Assembly (NCBI RefSeq): GCF_902713615.1
Contig: NC_052174.1
Coordinates: 15,702,482 to 15,744,513 of the forward strand
Reading direction: 5' to 3'
From: Scyliorhinus canicula
Taxonomy: Eukaryota
DNA length: 42,032 bases
Part shown: positions 12,100-24,578 of the stretch, one piece after another
Numbering within the stretch: the stretch's first letter is position 1
Layout: each line of letters begins with the position of its first letter
Made by a program: the position numbers and the translations under genes
The notes under the pieces: generated by a model
What the model was told of the DNA's origin: nothing
Seen by the model: the letters and a program-made list of their open reading frames with translations, nothing else
Databases searched by the model: none

Positions 12100-12545
12100 G
12101 ATTGTCGTGCTGGAATCGCAGCCGTCTTCGGAGATCGGAGCGAATGAATCGTCGAAGAATGAAGCGCAAGATCAGTCCAGGGGCCAGAATATTGGGATTG
12201 TGGGGATTGAAGGCCCAAGGCCCTGGGAGTACTTCTCAGGCACACTTGGCGAGGCGGTGGGTGAGGTGCCCCGCCCCCCCCACCCCCTGAATTAGGCCGA
12301 GTCCTCATCCCTGAAGATCCACCGCGTGCTGTTCCGCAGCCTCAGGGAGAAGCAGAGGGTTTGGGATGGGCGAAGGGGCACCGCGACTCTCAATGGAAAG
12401 GCCGCACCATCCGGCTCTACCAAGACATGGGTGTGGAGCTGGCGAAGGAAGAGGCCGTGCTGAGCAGAGCCTCGTGGCCCTGTACGGTCCAACTTGCCCG
12501 GCTCGGAGTGACCTTCGACAGCAAGGACTATTCATTCGCCGCACA
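12100..12545 (+). mobile_element. Decayed L1-clade ORF1 (Transposase_22-like) remnant
   Basis: Frame-broken SRGQNIGIVG..EGPRP.EYF, WAK..R..QWKGRTIRLYQDMGVELAK and ARLGVTFDSKDYSF resemble L1 ORF1p RRM/CTD motifs. Confidence 0.7.
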
Positions 12546-13117
12546 GTGGGGAGGCGGACGGTGGGCGTGGTGCAGTTGACTTTTCGGTTCTGTCGACGGT
12601 TGGGGTTGGGTTTTGATGGTCCTTGTTTAGATTTGGGGATTGACACAATGTGGGGGACGTGTCTGTTTGTTGTGATAATATAAACCTCGCTTTCAGAGCA
12701 CAAAATGTGGATGGGGGCGGGGTGGGGGGCGAGCGGCTAACCACACACACACACACGTTCAGGGCCTGTCTCAGGCTGATGGGCCTCTTTCTTTAACACC
12801 ACGTGTGTGGATTTGGATCAGTGTCCGCTGGGGGTTATATTTGGGGTGGAAGATTAACGAGGCGTCTGCGTGTTTTTGCTTTTTTTGTACTTGTTCGATT
12901 TCGGATGGTTTTAATTAGTCTTGGGGATTCCCCCCTCTGCAGGTCACCTGTCTCCCCCGGCTCACTGTCTACTCTCTGTCGTCCTCGGTATAAGCTGCGT
13001 TGCCACCCGACTGTTGCCCCTCGAGGGTCACCCCAGCGACCGAATCCCTGCCTCCCTCCACCTCACAGTCCCACACAAACTGGTGGCTGCTTACGGCCTG
13101 GGTGAGGATCCACTTCA

Positions 13118-13428
13118 GAAGCGTTTTCCCCGGGTGGAACAAACCATTACAAGGGGACATAAATTTAAGGTGAATGGTGGAAGATATAGGGGGGGATGTC
13201 AGAGGTAGGTTCTTTACCCAGAGAGTAGTGGGGGCATGGAATACACTGCCTGTGGAAGTAGTTGAGTCAGAAACGTTAGGGACCTTCAAGCGGCTATTGG
13301 ATAGGTACATGGATTAGGGTAGAATTAGGGTGTAGGTTAATTTGTTCTAAATTTAGGACAAAAGTTTGGCACAACATCGTGGGCCAAAGGGCCTGTTCTG
13401 TGGTGTATTTCTCAATGTTTTATGTATG
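13118..13428 (+). mobile_element. CR1 LINE 3' fragment
   Basis: FPRVEQTITRGHKFKV...RFFTQRVVGAWNTLP, 3' UTR gggccaaagggcctgt and a degenerate tail. Confidence 0.88.
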
Positions 13429-13491
13429 TCCTCCTCTCCCACGACACTAAGACAGGACACTGACACTCCACGGTACTCCCTTCGTCAGTAC

Positions 13492-15134
13492 GACCCCCGT
13501 CCCATCACCGTGTGGGGGAATCACAGACACAGACCCCCCGTCCCATCACCGTGTGGGGGAATCACAGACACAGACCCCCGTCCCATCACCGTGTGGGGGA
13601 ATCACAGACACAGACCCCCGTCCCATCACCGTGTGGGGGAATCACAGACACAGACCCCCGTCCCATCACCGTGTGGGGGAATCACAGACACAGACCCCCG
13701 TCCCATCACCGTGTGGGGGAATCACAGACCCCCGTCCCATCACCGTGTGGGGGAATCACAGACACAGACCCCCGTCCCATCACCGTGTGGGGGAATCACA
13801 GACACAGACCCCCGTCCCATCACCGTGTGGGGGAATCACAGACCCCCGTCCCATCACCGTGTGGGGGAATCACAGACACAGACCCCCGTCCCATCCCCGT
13901 GTGGGGGAATCACAGACACAGACCCCCGTCCCATCACCGTGTGGGGGAATCACAGACACAGACCCCCGTCCCATCACCGTGTGGGGGAATCACAGACACA
14001 GACCCCCGTCCCATCACCGTGTGGGGGAATCACAGACCCCCGTCCCATCACCGTGTGGGGGAATCACAGACCCCCGTCCCATCACCGTGTGGGGGAATCA
14101 CAGACACAGACCTCCGTCCCATCACCGTGTGGGGGAATCACAGACACAGACCCCCGTCCCGTCACCGTGTGGGGGAATCACAGACACAGACCCCCGTCCC
14201 ATCACCGTGTGGGGGAATCACAGACACAGACCCCCGTCCCATCACCGTGTGGGGGAATCACAGACCCCCGTCCCATCACCGTGTGGGGGAATCACTAACC
14301 CCCGTCCCATCACCGTGTGGGGGAATCACAGACACAGACCCCCGTCCCGTCACCGTGTGGGGGAATCACAGACCCCCGTCCCATCACCGTGTGGGGGAAT
14401 CACAGACACAGACCCCCGTCCCATCCCCGTGTGGGGGAATCACAGACACAGACCCCCGTCCCATCACCGTGTGGGGGAATCACAGACACAGACCCCCGTC
14501 CCATCACCGTGTGGGGGAATCACAGACACAGACCCCCCGTCCCATCACCGTGTGGGGGAATCACAGACACAGACCCCCGTCCCATCACCGTGTGGGGGAA
14601 TCACAGACACAGACCCCCGTCCCATCCCCGTGTGGGGGAATCACAGACCCCCGTCCCATCACCGTGTGGGGGAATCACAGACACAGACCCCCGTCCCATC
14701 ACCGTGTGGGGGAATCACAGACACAGACCCCCGTCCCATCACCGTGTGGGGGAATCACAGACACAGACCCCCGTCCCATCACCGTGTGGAGGGAATCACA
14801 GACACAGACCCCCGTCCCATCACCGTGTGGGGGAATCACAGACCCCCGTCCCATCACCGTGTGAGGGAATCACAGACACAGACCCCCGTCCCATCACCGT
14901 GTGGGGGAATCACAGGACACAGACCCCCGTCCCGTCACCGTGTGGGGGAATCACAGACACAGACCCCCGTCCCATCACCGTGTGGGGAATCACAGACACA
15001 GACCCCCATCCCATCACCGTGTGGGGGAATCACAGACACAGACCCCGTCCCATCACCGTGTGGGGAATCACAGACACAGACCCCCGTCCCTCAACCGTGT
15101 GGGGGAATCACAGACACAGACCCGCATCCCATCA
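13492..15134. repeat. Minisatellite, 40/34 bp unit (gacccccgtcccatcaccgtgtgggggaatcacagacaca), running into the gap
   Basis: More than 40 copies; the 34-bp variant lacks 6 nt. Confidence 0.96.
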
Positions 15135-15634
15135 NNNNNNNNNNNNNNNNNNNNNNNNNNNNNNNNNNNNNNNNNNNNNNNNNNNNNNNNNNNNNNNNNN
15201 NNNNNNNNNNNNNNNNNNNNNNNNNNNNNNNNNNNNNNNNNNNNNNNNNNNNNNNNNNNNNNNNNNNNNNNNNNNNNNNNNNNNNNNNNNNNNNNNNNNN
15301 NNNNNNNNNNNNNNNNNNNNNNNNNNNNNNNNNNNNNNNNNNNNNNNNNNNNNNNNNNNNNNNNNNNNNNNNNNNNNNNNNNNNNNNNNNNNNNNNNNNN
15401 NNNNNNNNNNNNNNNNNNNNNNNNNNNNNNNNNNNNNNNNNNNNNNNNNNNNNNNNNNNNNNNNNNNNNNNNNNNNNNNNNNNNNNNNNNNNNNNNNNNN
15501 NNNNNNNNNNNNNNNNNNNNNNNNNNNNNNNNNNNNNNNNNNNNNNNNNNNNNNNNNNNNNNNNNNNNNNNNNNNNNNNNNNNNNNNNNNNNNNNNNNNN
15601 NNNNNNNNNNNNNNNNNNNNNNNNNNNNNNNNNN
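15135..15634. other. Assembly gap (500 N placeholder)
   Basis: Exactly 500 N. Confidence 1.
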
Positions 15635-16137
15635 CCCCCCCCCCCCCCCCCCCCCCCACCCCCCACCCCCACAGACTGGGTGATGGATCCTGGCTCTCCC
15701 TATGGTTGAAACGTTCGCTTCCACAAACGAGCAGCCCTTCCCTCTTCCTCACCCTCGATGGTGGGAGACAGACAGAGGAACACGGACCGAGGGTTGTATC
15801 TTGGTTCGGTTTTATCCTGACTGCTTTTGATCCTGGTACGTTCTCCCTTTTCCATCCCTGTTTCGTTTAGTGCGTTGGGAACGGCCGTCTGCACTGGCCA
15901 TAATCCGGATGCATCGCAGCTGGCCCTGTCTGTATCAATATGTGAACGGATGATGGTTCGGTATCTGTGCGCCGTGGTGTGGAACGGGTTAAACATCCTG
16001 CTAGAACTGGGCTCCTCTCAAACCTTTATCTATTTCAGTTACAGTGGGATTTAAGAATCAGTGATTGACTCCGACAGGGGCACAGGGGAGCTGGCATGCG
16101 AGGAGGAGGAGGTTACAGTGCCAGTGGAGTTGTAAAA

Positions 16138-16298
16138 GAATAAATTTAGAGCACCCAATTCATTTCTTTCCCAATGAAGGAGCAATTTAGCGTGGCCAAT
16201 CCACCTACCCCGCTCATCTTTGGGTTGTGGGGGCGAAACCCACGCAGACACGGGGAGAACGTGCAAACTCCACACGGACAGTGACCCGGGGCCGGGAA
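16138..16298 (-). mobile_element. tRNA-derived SINE fragment (HE1/V-SINE-like)
   Basis: Reverse complement of the gtcactgtccgtgtggagtttgcacgttctccccgtgtctgcgtgggttt core shared with other copies in the window. Confidence 0.85.
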
Positions 16299-16915
16299 CG
16301 ACAAGTTGAGTCTCGAGATTGTATATCTGCAGATAACTTTCTTTCCTTGCCTCGCATTCTTGCGATTTCGTTACGTTATTTGTTCAATGAAAAACTTCAA
16401 TAAAAACACTCTGAAACAAAATTTGCTGAATCTCACAGCACAAAGTGTCTATTCAGCCCGTCCTCCCTGGACTAGCCCCTTTGAAAGAGCCATCCAATTG
16501 GCTCGTCTCCGCCAGCCCTCTCTCCCGGGCCCTGTCAAGTGTTTACCCAGCTTTGCCCCTTTGACCAGTTCCTATTCAATCATCCCCTGTCGCCCTTTCA
16601 GCCTGCACAGTCATGATCAGACTGAGCTCGCCGAGTAACAATACGTTTGTCCTTGCCAATGATCGCGGACCTGTGTCCCCCCTCCCTACACGGTGACTGA
16701 GTATCCAGCCAGTGGCGCTCCCCCCAGTCTCGTTAAACCTGCTCATTCCTGTCTGTTTGAAAGGAAACCCAACGCCAGTCACAGATGGTAAATTGTTCAC
16801 CAGATGACTCAGATGGCAGCTTCCTGTAACGATTTGAAGCTAGATGGTAAAGGACCACATCCATCAACGCACCTTCTATCTCTCTCTTTGCACGATATTG
16901 AGGTTTTGACTAATC

Positions 16916-17214
16916 GCACGATAGCACAGTGTCTAGCACTGTTGCTTCACAGCTCCAGGGTCCCGGGTTCGATTCCCCGCTGGGTCACTGTCTGTGCAGA
17001 GTCTGCACGTCCTCCCCGTGTCTGCGTGGGTTTCCTCCGGGTGCTCCGGTTTCCTCCCACAAGTCCCGAAAGACGTGCTGTTAGGTGAATTGGACATTCT
17101 GAATTCTCCCTCTGTGACCCGAACAGGGGCCGGAATGTGGCGACTCGGGGATTTTCACAGTAACTTCACTGCAGTGTTAATGTAAGCCTACTTGTGACAC
17201 TAATGAAGATTACT
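16916..17214 (+). mobile_element. tRNA-derived SINE (HE1/V-SINE-like)
   Basis: A-box-like head, B box ggttcgattccc, central ccccgtgtctgcgtgggtttcctccgggtgctccggtttcctcccaca domain. Confidence 0.9.
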
Positions 17215-17689
17215 AACGAGTCGACAATAGGCCCAGGCATGAAAAAACATTCAGTGGTACGTGGCCGCAGGAACCCGTTTCAACAAACGCTGTCAGCAAG
17301 GAACTTCGCACTGATTTCCTGCCGCAGCACATGGAGGTGATCAATGTTTTTTTTTGGGTGGCGTTGAGTGAGGGAGGCAGGCCGACGGTGATTCAGTGAT
17401 ACGGTGCCCGCTGCTGCACGCGGATCGGAGTTATACTCTCGACACACCAACTCCACTAGTGAGTCTGGGTCGGGTTTGACGAGGGAAGAATTATTCTGTA
17501 TTGACAAGTGCCATTCGGAGAGCTCGGCAGCTTCCATAGGGAGAGATACAGAGGGCTGAAGAGGTTCCGGGAAGGGATTCCAGAGCTTTGACAGCCGCCA
17601 ATGATGCGGTGATTATAGCCAGACGGCCAGAGCTGGAGGAGGGCAGAGCTCAGGGTGGGCGACTGCGGGCTGCAGAGACAGGGAGAATC

Positions 17690-18245
17690 CATCGTGCCTT
17701 GCCTGGAGAGGGAGTATGGCGTACAGTTCTGGACGCCACACCACAGGAAGGATGTGAACACGTCGGAGGAAGTGCGGGAGGATTTTACAAGAATGGTTGC
17801 GGGGGACGAGAGATTCCCGTTACGAGGATGGATTGGAGAGGTCGGGATCGTTCTCCTTGGAGAGATGGGGGCCGAGAGGAGATTTGACAGGGAGGTTGAC
17901 ATTTGACAAAGTGGAGGGGGAGAAACTGTTCCCCCTCGTAAACGGATCCAGATTGAGAGGGCAGAGGTTTGGAGTGATTTGCAAAAGCAGCAAATGTGAC
18001 GAGAGAAAGGCTCTCTCACCCTGCGAGTGGTTGGGGGTCTCTAACGGGCAGCCTGCAGGTGTGGTGGAGACAGGTTCGACCGAGGCCTTCAAGAGGGCGT
18101 CAGATGAGTATTTGAATCAAAACAATGTGCAGGGGGGGGGGGGTGGAGAAACACAGGGGAACGGGACTGGGTCATAATGCTGATCTGGAGTTCAAGCGCA
18201 GACCCGATGGGCTGAATGGCCTCCTTCTGCCCCATAATAATTCAG
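17690..18245 (+). mobile_element. Old, diverged CR1 3' fragment
   Basis: EYGVQFWTPHHRKDV..FTRMV, and 3' end gatgggctgaatggcctccttctg. Confidence 0.8.
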
Positions 18246-18271
18246 ACATCTCATCCAGAAACTTTTTGGGA

Positions 18272-19160
18272 CTATAAGACCATACGACAGGAGCAGAATT
18301 AGGCCACTCGGCCCATCGAGTCCGCTCCACCATTCAATCATGGCTGATATTTTTCTCATCCCCATTCTCCCGCCTTCTCCCCATAACCCCTGATCCCCTT
18401 ATTAATCAGGAACCTATCTATCTCGGTCTTAAAGACACTCAGTGATTTGGCCGCCACAGCCTTCTGCGGCAAAGAGTTCCACAGATTCACCATCCTCTGG
18501 CTGAAGAAATTCCTCCTCATCTCTGTTTTAAAGGATCGTCCCTTTAGTCTGAGATGGTGAATCCTCTGCTTCTAGTGTTTCCTACAAGTGGAAACATCCT
18601 CTCCATGTCCACGCTATCCAGGCCTCTCAGTATCCTGCAAGTTTCAATAAGATCCCCCACCATCCTTCTAAACTCCAACGAGTACAGACCCAGAGTCCTC
18701 AACCGTTCCTCATACGACAAGCTCTTCATTCCAGGGATCATTCTTGTGAACCTCCTCTGGACCCTTTCCAAGGCCCAGCACATCCTTCCTTAGATACGGG
18801 GCCCAAAACTGCTCACAATACTCCAAATGGGGTCTGACCAGAGCCTTATACAGCCTCAGAAGTAAATCCCTGGTCTTGTATTCCAGCCCTCTCGAAGTGA
18901 ATGCTGACATTGCGTTTGCCTTCCTAACTGTCGACTGAACCTGCACGTTAACCTTAAGAGAATCGTCAACAAGGACTCCCAAGTCCTCCTGATTTCCTGA
19001 GCATTTCCCCATTTAGAAAATAGTCTATGCCTCCATTCCTCCTTTCAAAGTGCATAACCTCACACTTTTCCACATTGTATTGCATCTGCCACTTCATTGC
19101 CCGCTTTCCCAGCCTGTCCAAATCCTTCTGCAGCCCCCCTGCTTCCTCAATACTACCTCC
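18272..19160 (-). mobile_element. CR1 LINE 3' portion
   Basis: Minus-strand LYKALVRPHLEYCEQFWAPYLRKDV, ERVQRRFTRMIPG; tail remnant ataagaccata. Confidence 0.93.
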
Positions 19161-19342
19161 AGTGCAGGGATCACCGTGGCGAAAACTTCAATTCCCAACT
19201 TTCCCTGGCAGCTGCTTGCTTTTGGCTGATAACAGTTCACACGGAGGACGGAGCGTTGGTCTGTCTTATGTTACAGCTCGAGAGCCTCCCTCAAACCTGT
19301 GAATCGCACACGGCCTCCTGACGTTAGTTTTCCCACACTCAC

Positions 19343-19534
19343 CTCAACTCTGCCTTCCTCGTTGACAGTTTCTGATGACCACAGCTGTGAGCGGTCATCC
19401 AGGGAGTGGATGAGTTTAGCCGCCAGTTTGATGTCGTTGCGGACGATCTGCTTGTGCTGCGTGATGCCGTTGATACTGCGGACGCGCCTGGCCAGGTCCC
19501 GGTTCACCACAGGGCTCAGCTCGCAGTCTCGCAG
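19343..19534 (-). CDS. SRRT: Serrate RNA effector (ARS2) exon, [52 protein letters not shown]...
   Basis: gtgcag| acceptor and GAG|gtgagt donor, 192 nt, phase 0-0; near-identical to recalled vertebrate SRRT. Confidence 0.97.
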
Positions 19535-19639
19535 CTGCACAGAAAGGAATATTCACATCACTGTGTGTCGTGCAACATCAGCACAGAAACACACCCTTCG
19601 GCCCATCTGCCCAGTGCTGGTGTCCCGGGATGGGGGCGT

Positions 19640-20020
19640 CGCTGGTTAGACCTGCATTTATTGCCCATCCCTAATTGCCCCGAGAAGGTGGTGGGTGAGC
19701 CGCCTTCTTGAGCCGCTGCAGTCCTTGAGGTGTAGGTACACCCACTGTGCTGTTAGGGAGGGAGCTCAACGACATTGCCCCAGCGACAGTGAAGGAACGG
19801 CCGATATATTTCCCAGTCGGGGCGGTGAGTGACTGGGAGGGGAACCTCCAGGTGGTGGGGTTCCCAGGTATCTGCTGCCCTTGTCCTTCTAGATGGTAGA
19901 GGCCGTGGGTTTGGAAGGTGCTGCCTAAGGAGCCTTGGTGAGTTGCTGCAGTGCATCTTGTAGACGGTACACACGGCTGCCACTGTGCGTCGGTGGGGGA
20001 GGGAGTGAATGTTTGAACGT
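19640..20020 (-). mobile_element. LINE 3' fragment (CR1-like, different family)
   Basis: Minus strand reads VCTVYKMHCSNSPRLLRQHLPNP, followed by a LINE-like 3' end (gggcaattagggatgggcaataaatgc). Confidence 0.7.
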
Positions 20021-20450
20021 GCGTTTGCCGTCTCCGGAGAAGGTTATGGGACAGTCAGCAAGGGGCAGGGTCGATTTCCTGCTTCCCATGTCTTTGGGAG
20101 CGAGTTGAACCTGGCCTCCTCCGACTGTGGAGGCCGGGCCTGTGACCTCCCTCGGATTGCGACTCCCGAGGTGGGGAGACATTCAGCGTGGGAGGCATTC
20201 AGAGAGGCAGGTTGGAGGAGGGACGCTGGGAATTAACGGAGAGGGAGCCCACAACAGAAGCACGGAAATGTCATCCGTGTGCAGGTGGGGCGGGAATGTT
20301 GTAACCCCGACTGTATCGAAGAGAGGGAAATTAAACCCCAAACAATAGGAACAGCTCTCTACACAACGATGGAATTGCAGTCTAAACTCGACCCTGAAGC
20401 AGAATTGATGGGACGGAGTGGACATTCCTGCCCACTGGGGAATGACTTAC

Positions 20451-20529
20451 TCTGATATTCTGCAGATTCCAGCAGATTTCTTTGATGTTGACGCTGCGAT
20501 CGAAGGTAACCCACGCTCGTCGATAAAAT
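20451..20529 (-). CDS. SRRT: SRRT exon, [27 protein letters not shown] (RRM)
   Basis: ccattag| acceptor and AGA|gtaagt donor, 79 nt, phase 2-0. Confidence 0.96.
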
Positions 20530-20688
20530 CTAATGGAGGGATGGAAATGAAACCATTCACACAGTTAATGAACAATATCTCCCAATGGTAAACGACCAGA
20601 TCCCACCGTCATTCAGCGACCCGCTGAAGGCAGAATCGCATAACTCCCGAGTGCCTCGCTCTTCAATACAGTGGTCGAGACGTCGTAG

Positions 20689-21252
20689 CGTCATGAGAAT
20701 GACCCTTTAAGAAACGTTTGGCTGCTCATGTTACTGCAGTGATGTCAGAGTGTGGGTGGAGCTGGGCTCTGCCTCTGCTTTTTAGTTTCACTTTGAGAAA
20801 AGCTTGGGTGTGTCTGTGTCTTTTTGGTTTTGTTTTCAGTGTTGGAGCTGAAGCCAGCCAAGGCAGTTGTAGTGCAGTTCTCTCTGCCATCAAAAGACTA
20901 TCTCTTGATCATTTGGTGAATTCCGAATGATAAATGTTCTCAGTAGTGAATGTAAACCTGATGGGCTTCTGTTAAAAGGTGTTCCTTTTGTCTTCTGGAT
21001 GTTGTTTGGGAAGTTATTAAGGATTACTTAGTGTTGTATTCTTTGGGGGTTGTATTTGAATTGATGGTTGCTGAGATGTTCACTGTACATTTTAAAAAGG
21101 TACACAGAATAAACATTGTTTTGCTTTAAAAAAACGTCTCCCATTCTGCTGTACCACATCTGTAGAGTGGGCCGTGTGCTCCCCATACCTCAATCTATTG
21201 AAAGTTGTGGGTCAGGTGAACTTTGGGGTTCTCTAAACCCTGGCCCATAACA
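20689..21252 (+). mobile_element. Probable solo LTR
   Basis: Termini (c)gtcatg...cataaca (degenerate TG...CA inverted ends), internal AATAAA at 21108, imperfect 4-bp TSD gtag/atag. Confidence 0.65.
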
Positions 21253-21426
21253 ATAGGAACAGCTCTCTGCACAATGGTGGAATTGCAGTCTAAACTCGAC
21301 CACATCCAATTGGTCCTGTGCACTGGGAGAGCTGCGATTGTACAAGGCTTAAATCACACCAGGTTAATCTGCTCTTCTACAATCTAGAGCAGTGCTGTCA
21401 CCAAGACAGGGCACAGCGTTCCTGCG

Positions 21427-23570
21427 CAGTACTGAGGGAGTGCCGCACTGTCAGAGGGTCAGTACTGAGGGAATGCTGCACTGTCAGAGGGTCAGTACTG
21501 AGGGAGTGCCGCACTGTCAGAGGGTCAGTACTGAGGGAGTGCCGCACTGTCACAGGGTCAGTACTGAGGGAGTGCCGCACTGTGAGAGGGTCAGTACTGA
21601 GGGGGTGCCGCACTGTCACAGGGTCAGTACTGAGGGAGTGCCGCACTGTCAGAGGGTCAGTACTGAGGGAGTGCTGCACTGTCAGAGAGTCAGTACTGAG
21701 GGAGTGCCGCACTGCAGACGGTCAGTACTGAGGGAGTGCTGCACTGTCAGAGGGTCAGTACTGAGGGAGTGCCGCACTGCCAGAGGGTCAGTACTGAGGG
21801 AGTGCCGCACTGCCAGAGGGTCAGTACTGAGGGAGTGCCACACTGTCAGAGGGTCAGTACTGAGGGAGTGCCGCACTGTCAGAGGGTCAGTACTGAGGGA
21901 GTGCCGCACTGTCAGAGGGTCAGTACTGAGGGAGTGCCGTACTGTCAGAGGGTCAGTACTGAGGGAGTGCCGCACTGTCAGAGGGTCAGTACTGAGGGAG
22001 TGCCGCACTGTCAGAGGGTCAGTACTGAGGGAGTGCCGCACTGTCAGAGGGTCAGTACTGAGGGAGTGCCGCACTGTCAGAGGGTCAGTACTGAGGGAGT
22101 GCCGCACTGTCAGAGGGTCAGTACTGAGGGAGTGCTGCACTGTCAGAGGGTCAGTACTGAGGGAGTGCCGCACTGTCAGAGGGTCAGTACTGAGGGAGTG
22201 CCGCACTGTCAGAGGGTCAGTACTGAGGGAGTGCCGCACTGTCAGAGGGTCAGTACTGAGGGAGTGCCGCACTGTCAGAGGGTCAGTACTGAGGGAGTGC
22301 CGCACTGTCAGAGGGTCAGTACTGAGGGAGTGCCGCACTGTCAGAGGGTCAGTACTGAGGGAGTGCTGCACTGTCAGAGGGTCAGTACTGAGGGAGTGCC
22401 GCACTGTCAGAGGGTCAGTACTGAGGGAGTGCCGCACTGTCAGAGGGTCAGTACTGAGGGAGTGCCGCACTGTCAGAGGGTCAGTACTGAGGGAGTGCCG
22501 CACTGTCAGAGGGTCAGTACTGAGGGAGTGCCGCACTGTCAGAGGGTCAGTACTGAGGGAGTGCCGCACTGTCAGAGGGTCAGTACTGAGGGAGTGCCGC
22601 ACTGTCAGAGGGTCAGTACTGAGGGAGTGCCGCACTGTCAGAGGGTCAGTACTGAGGGAGTGCCGCACTGTCAGAGGGTCAGTACTGAGGTAGTGCCGCA
22701 CTGTCAGAGGGTCAGTACTGAGGGAGTGCTGCACTGTCAGAGGGTCAGTACTGAGGGAGTGCTGCACTGTCAGAGGGTCAGTACTGAGGGAGTCCGCACT
22801 GTCAGAGGGTCAGTACTGAGGGAGTGCCGCACTGTCAGAGGGTCAGTACTGAGGGAGTGCCGCACCTGTCAGAGGGTCAGTACTGAGGGAGTGCCGCACT
22901 GTCAGAGGGTCAGTACTGAGGGAGTGCTGCACTGTCAGAGGGTCAGTACTGAGGAGTGCCGCACTGTCAGAGGGTCAGTACTGAGGGAGTGCCGCACTGT
23001 CAGAGGGATCAGTACTGAGGGAGTGCCGCACTGTCAGAGGGTCAGTACTGAGGGAGTGCTGCACTGTCAGAGGGTCAGTACTGAGGGAGTGCTGCACTGT
23101 CAGAGGGTCAGTACTGAGGGAGTGCCGCACTGTCAGAGGGTCAGTACTGAGGGAGTGCCGCACTGTCAGAGGGTCAGTACTGAGGGAACGCCGCACTGTC
23201 AGAGGGTCAGTACTGAGGGAGTGCTGCACTGTCAGAGGGTCAGTACTGAGGGAGTGCCGCACTGTCAGAGGGTCAGTACTGAGGGAGTGCTGCACTGTCA
23301 GAGGGTCAGTACTGAGGGAGTGCCGCACTGTCAGAGGGTCAGTACTGAGGGAGTGCCGCACTGTCAGAGGGTCAGTACTGAGGGAGTGCCGCACTGTCAG
23401 AGGGTCAGTACTGAGGGAGCCGCACTGTCAGAGGGTCAGTACTGAGGGAGTGCCGCACTGTCAGAGGGTCAGTACTGAGGGAGCCGCACTGTCAGAGGGT
23501 CAGTACTGAGGGAGCCGCACTGTCAGAGGGTCAGTACTGAGGGAGCCGCACTGTCAGAGGGTCAGTATTG
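21427..23570 (+). repeat. 33-bp minisatellite (cagtactgagggagtgccgcactgtcagagggt), about 65 copies
   Basis: Tandem copies visible in an SRRT intron. Confidence 0.97.
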
Positions 23571-23652
23571 AAAGGGCGCCTCAGATAAGTCAGTAAACAG
23601 ATGCCAGTTGCACAGACTTTGTCACATTGCACACACTGTGCTTTGTATTTAC

Positions 23653-23714
23653 CTGCGCTCTGGTTGTGGGTCGGATAGAGCCACTCTCATGAAACCAGGA
23701 AACCTTTTACAAAG
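23653..23714 (-). CDS. SRRT: SRRT exon, LCKRFPGFMRVALSDPQPER (RRM)
   Basis: ttttctttttctgcag| acceptor and AG|gtaaat donor, 62 nt, phase 0-2. Confidence 0.96.
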
Positions 23715-23829
23715 CTGCAGAAAAAGAAAACCAAGTTAGTTATTTGTATTGAACCACGGCCTCGACAGACACACAATCGGAAACCAAACGATCTCAGAGA
23801 CAGGAAAGGAACGTGATATTTTTCCAGAC

Positions 23830-24575
23830 GAGATAGTGTTTCCCAGAGGCCGGTTTAGGGCCATTTACCTTCCTCAATATTCATGAATAAACTGGATTCA
23901 GCGACAAGACGCAGCGAAAGGAGGTTAGCGCTGAAACTTGGTAAAGGAATGGTTAGTGACGAGGCGAGCTCTCGGCTTCAGGACGGCAGAGAGTAGCGAA
24001 AGGATAGACACCTGGCAGGTGGAATTCAACAGAGACGTGTGACAGGGTGTAAATTAGGCAACAGTACAATACTAGCAGAGCCATTGCAGACAGGCGGATG
24101 AACAGGTAGACACTGGGGCAGCACGGTAGCATTGTGGATAACACTGTGGCTTCACAGCTCCAGGGTCCCAGGTTCGATTCCCGGCTTGGGTCACTGTCTG
24201 TGCGGAGTCTGCACATCCTCCCCGTGTCTGCGTGGGTTTCCTCCGGGTGCTCCGGTTTCCTCCCACAAGTCCAAAGACGTGTGCAGGTTAGGTGGATTGG
24301 CCGTGATAAATTGCCCTTGGTGTCCAAAATTGCCCTTAGTATCCAAAAAGGTTAGGAGGGGTTTTGGGAAAGGGTGGAGGTGAGGGCTTAAGTGGGTCGG
24401 TGCAGACTCGATGGGCCGAATGGGCTCCTTCTGCATTGTATGGTCTATGATTACAGAGCAGGCGGGTGAACTGGCAGACATTGGTGTGACTGACCACAAT
24501 TCGTCAGGGTGCCAGGCAAAGTTGATAGTTTGGTTTGAAAAGCCTTTGGGTTACTTAGCTTTATCAACAGATGTT
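23830..24575 (+). mobile_element. Highly decayed CR1 RT remnant, interrupted by a SINE
   Basis: Traces resembling GVPQGSVLGP, WQVEFN and KAFG.L.FI on either side of the SINE. Confidence 0.4.
24115..24450 (+). mobile_element. Full-length tRNA-derived SINE (HE1-like)
   Basis: ggggcagcacggtagca head, B box ggttcgattccc, V-like core, CR1-derived 3' end gatgggccgaatgg. Confidence 0.93.
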
Positions 24576-24578
24576 TGG

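Noticed and set aside
13492-15134. RAG recombination signal sequences (CACCGTG resembles heptamer CACAGTG)
   Set aside because: No ACAAAAACC-like nonamer at 12/23 spacing and no antigen-receptor segments nearby.
13553-15870. ORFs spanning the first N gap
   Set aside because: Artefacts of translating N. The same applies to 38478-39446, except for the true PSMB6 exon 2.
15635-19340. Further SRRT 3' exons in the short minus-strand ORFs
   Set aside because: None encodes the expected NPILKNITDYLIEE or zinc-finger motifs; the region is largely SINE/LINE debris.
24115-24190. tRNA genes at the SINE heads (also 16916, 40930-41000, 41290-41364)
   Set aside because: A/B boxes run directly into the SINE core and tail, with no complete cloverleaf.
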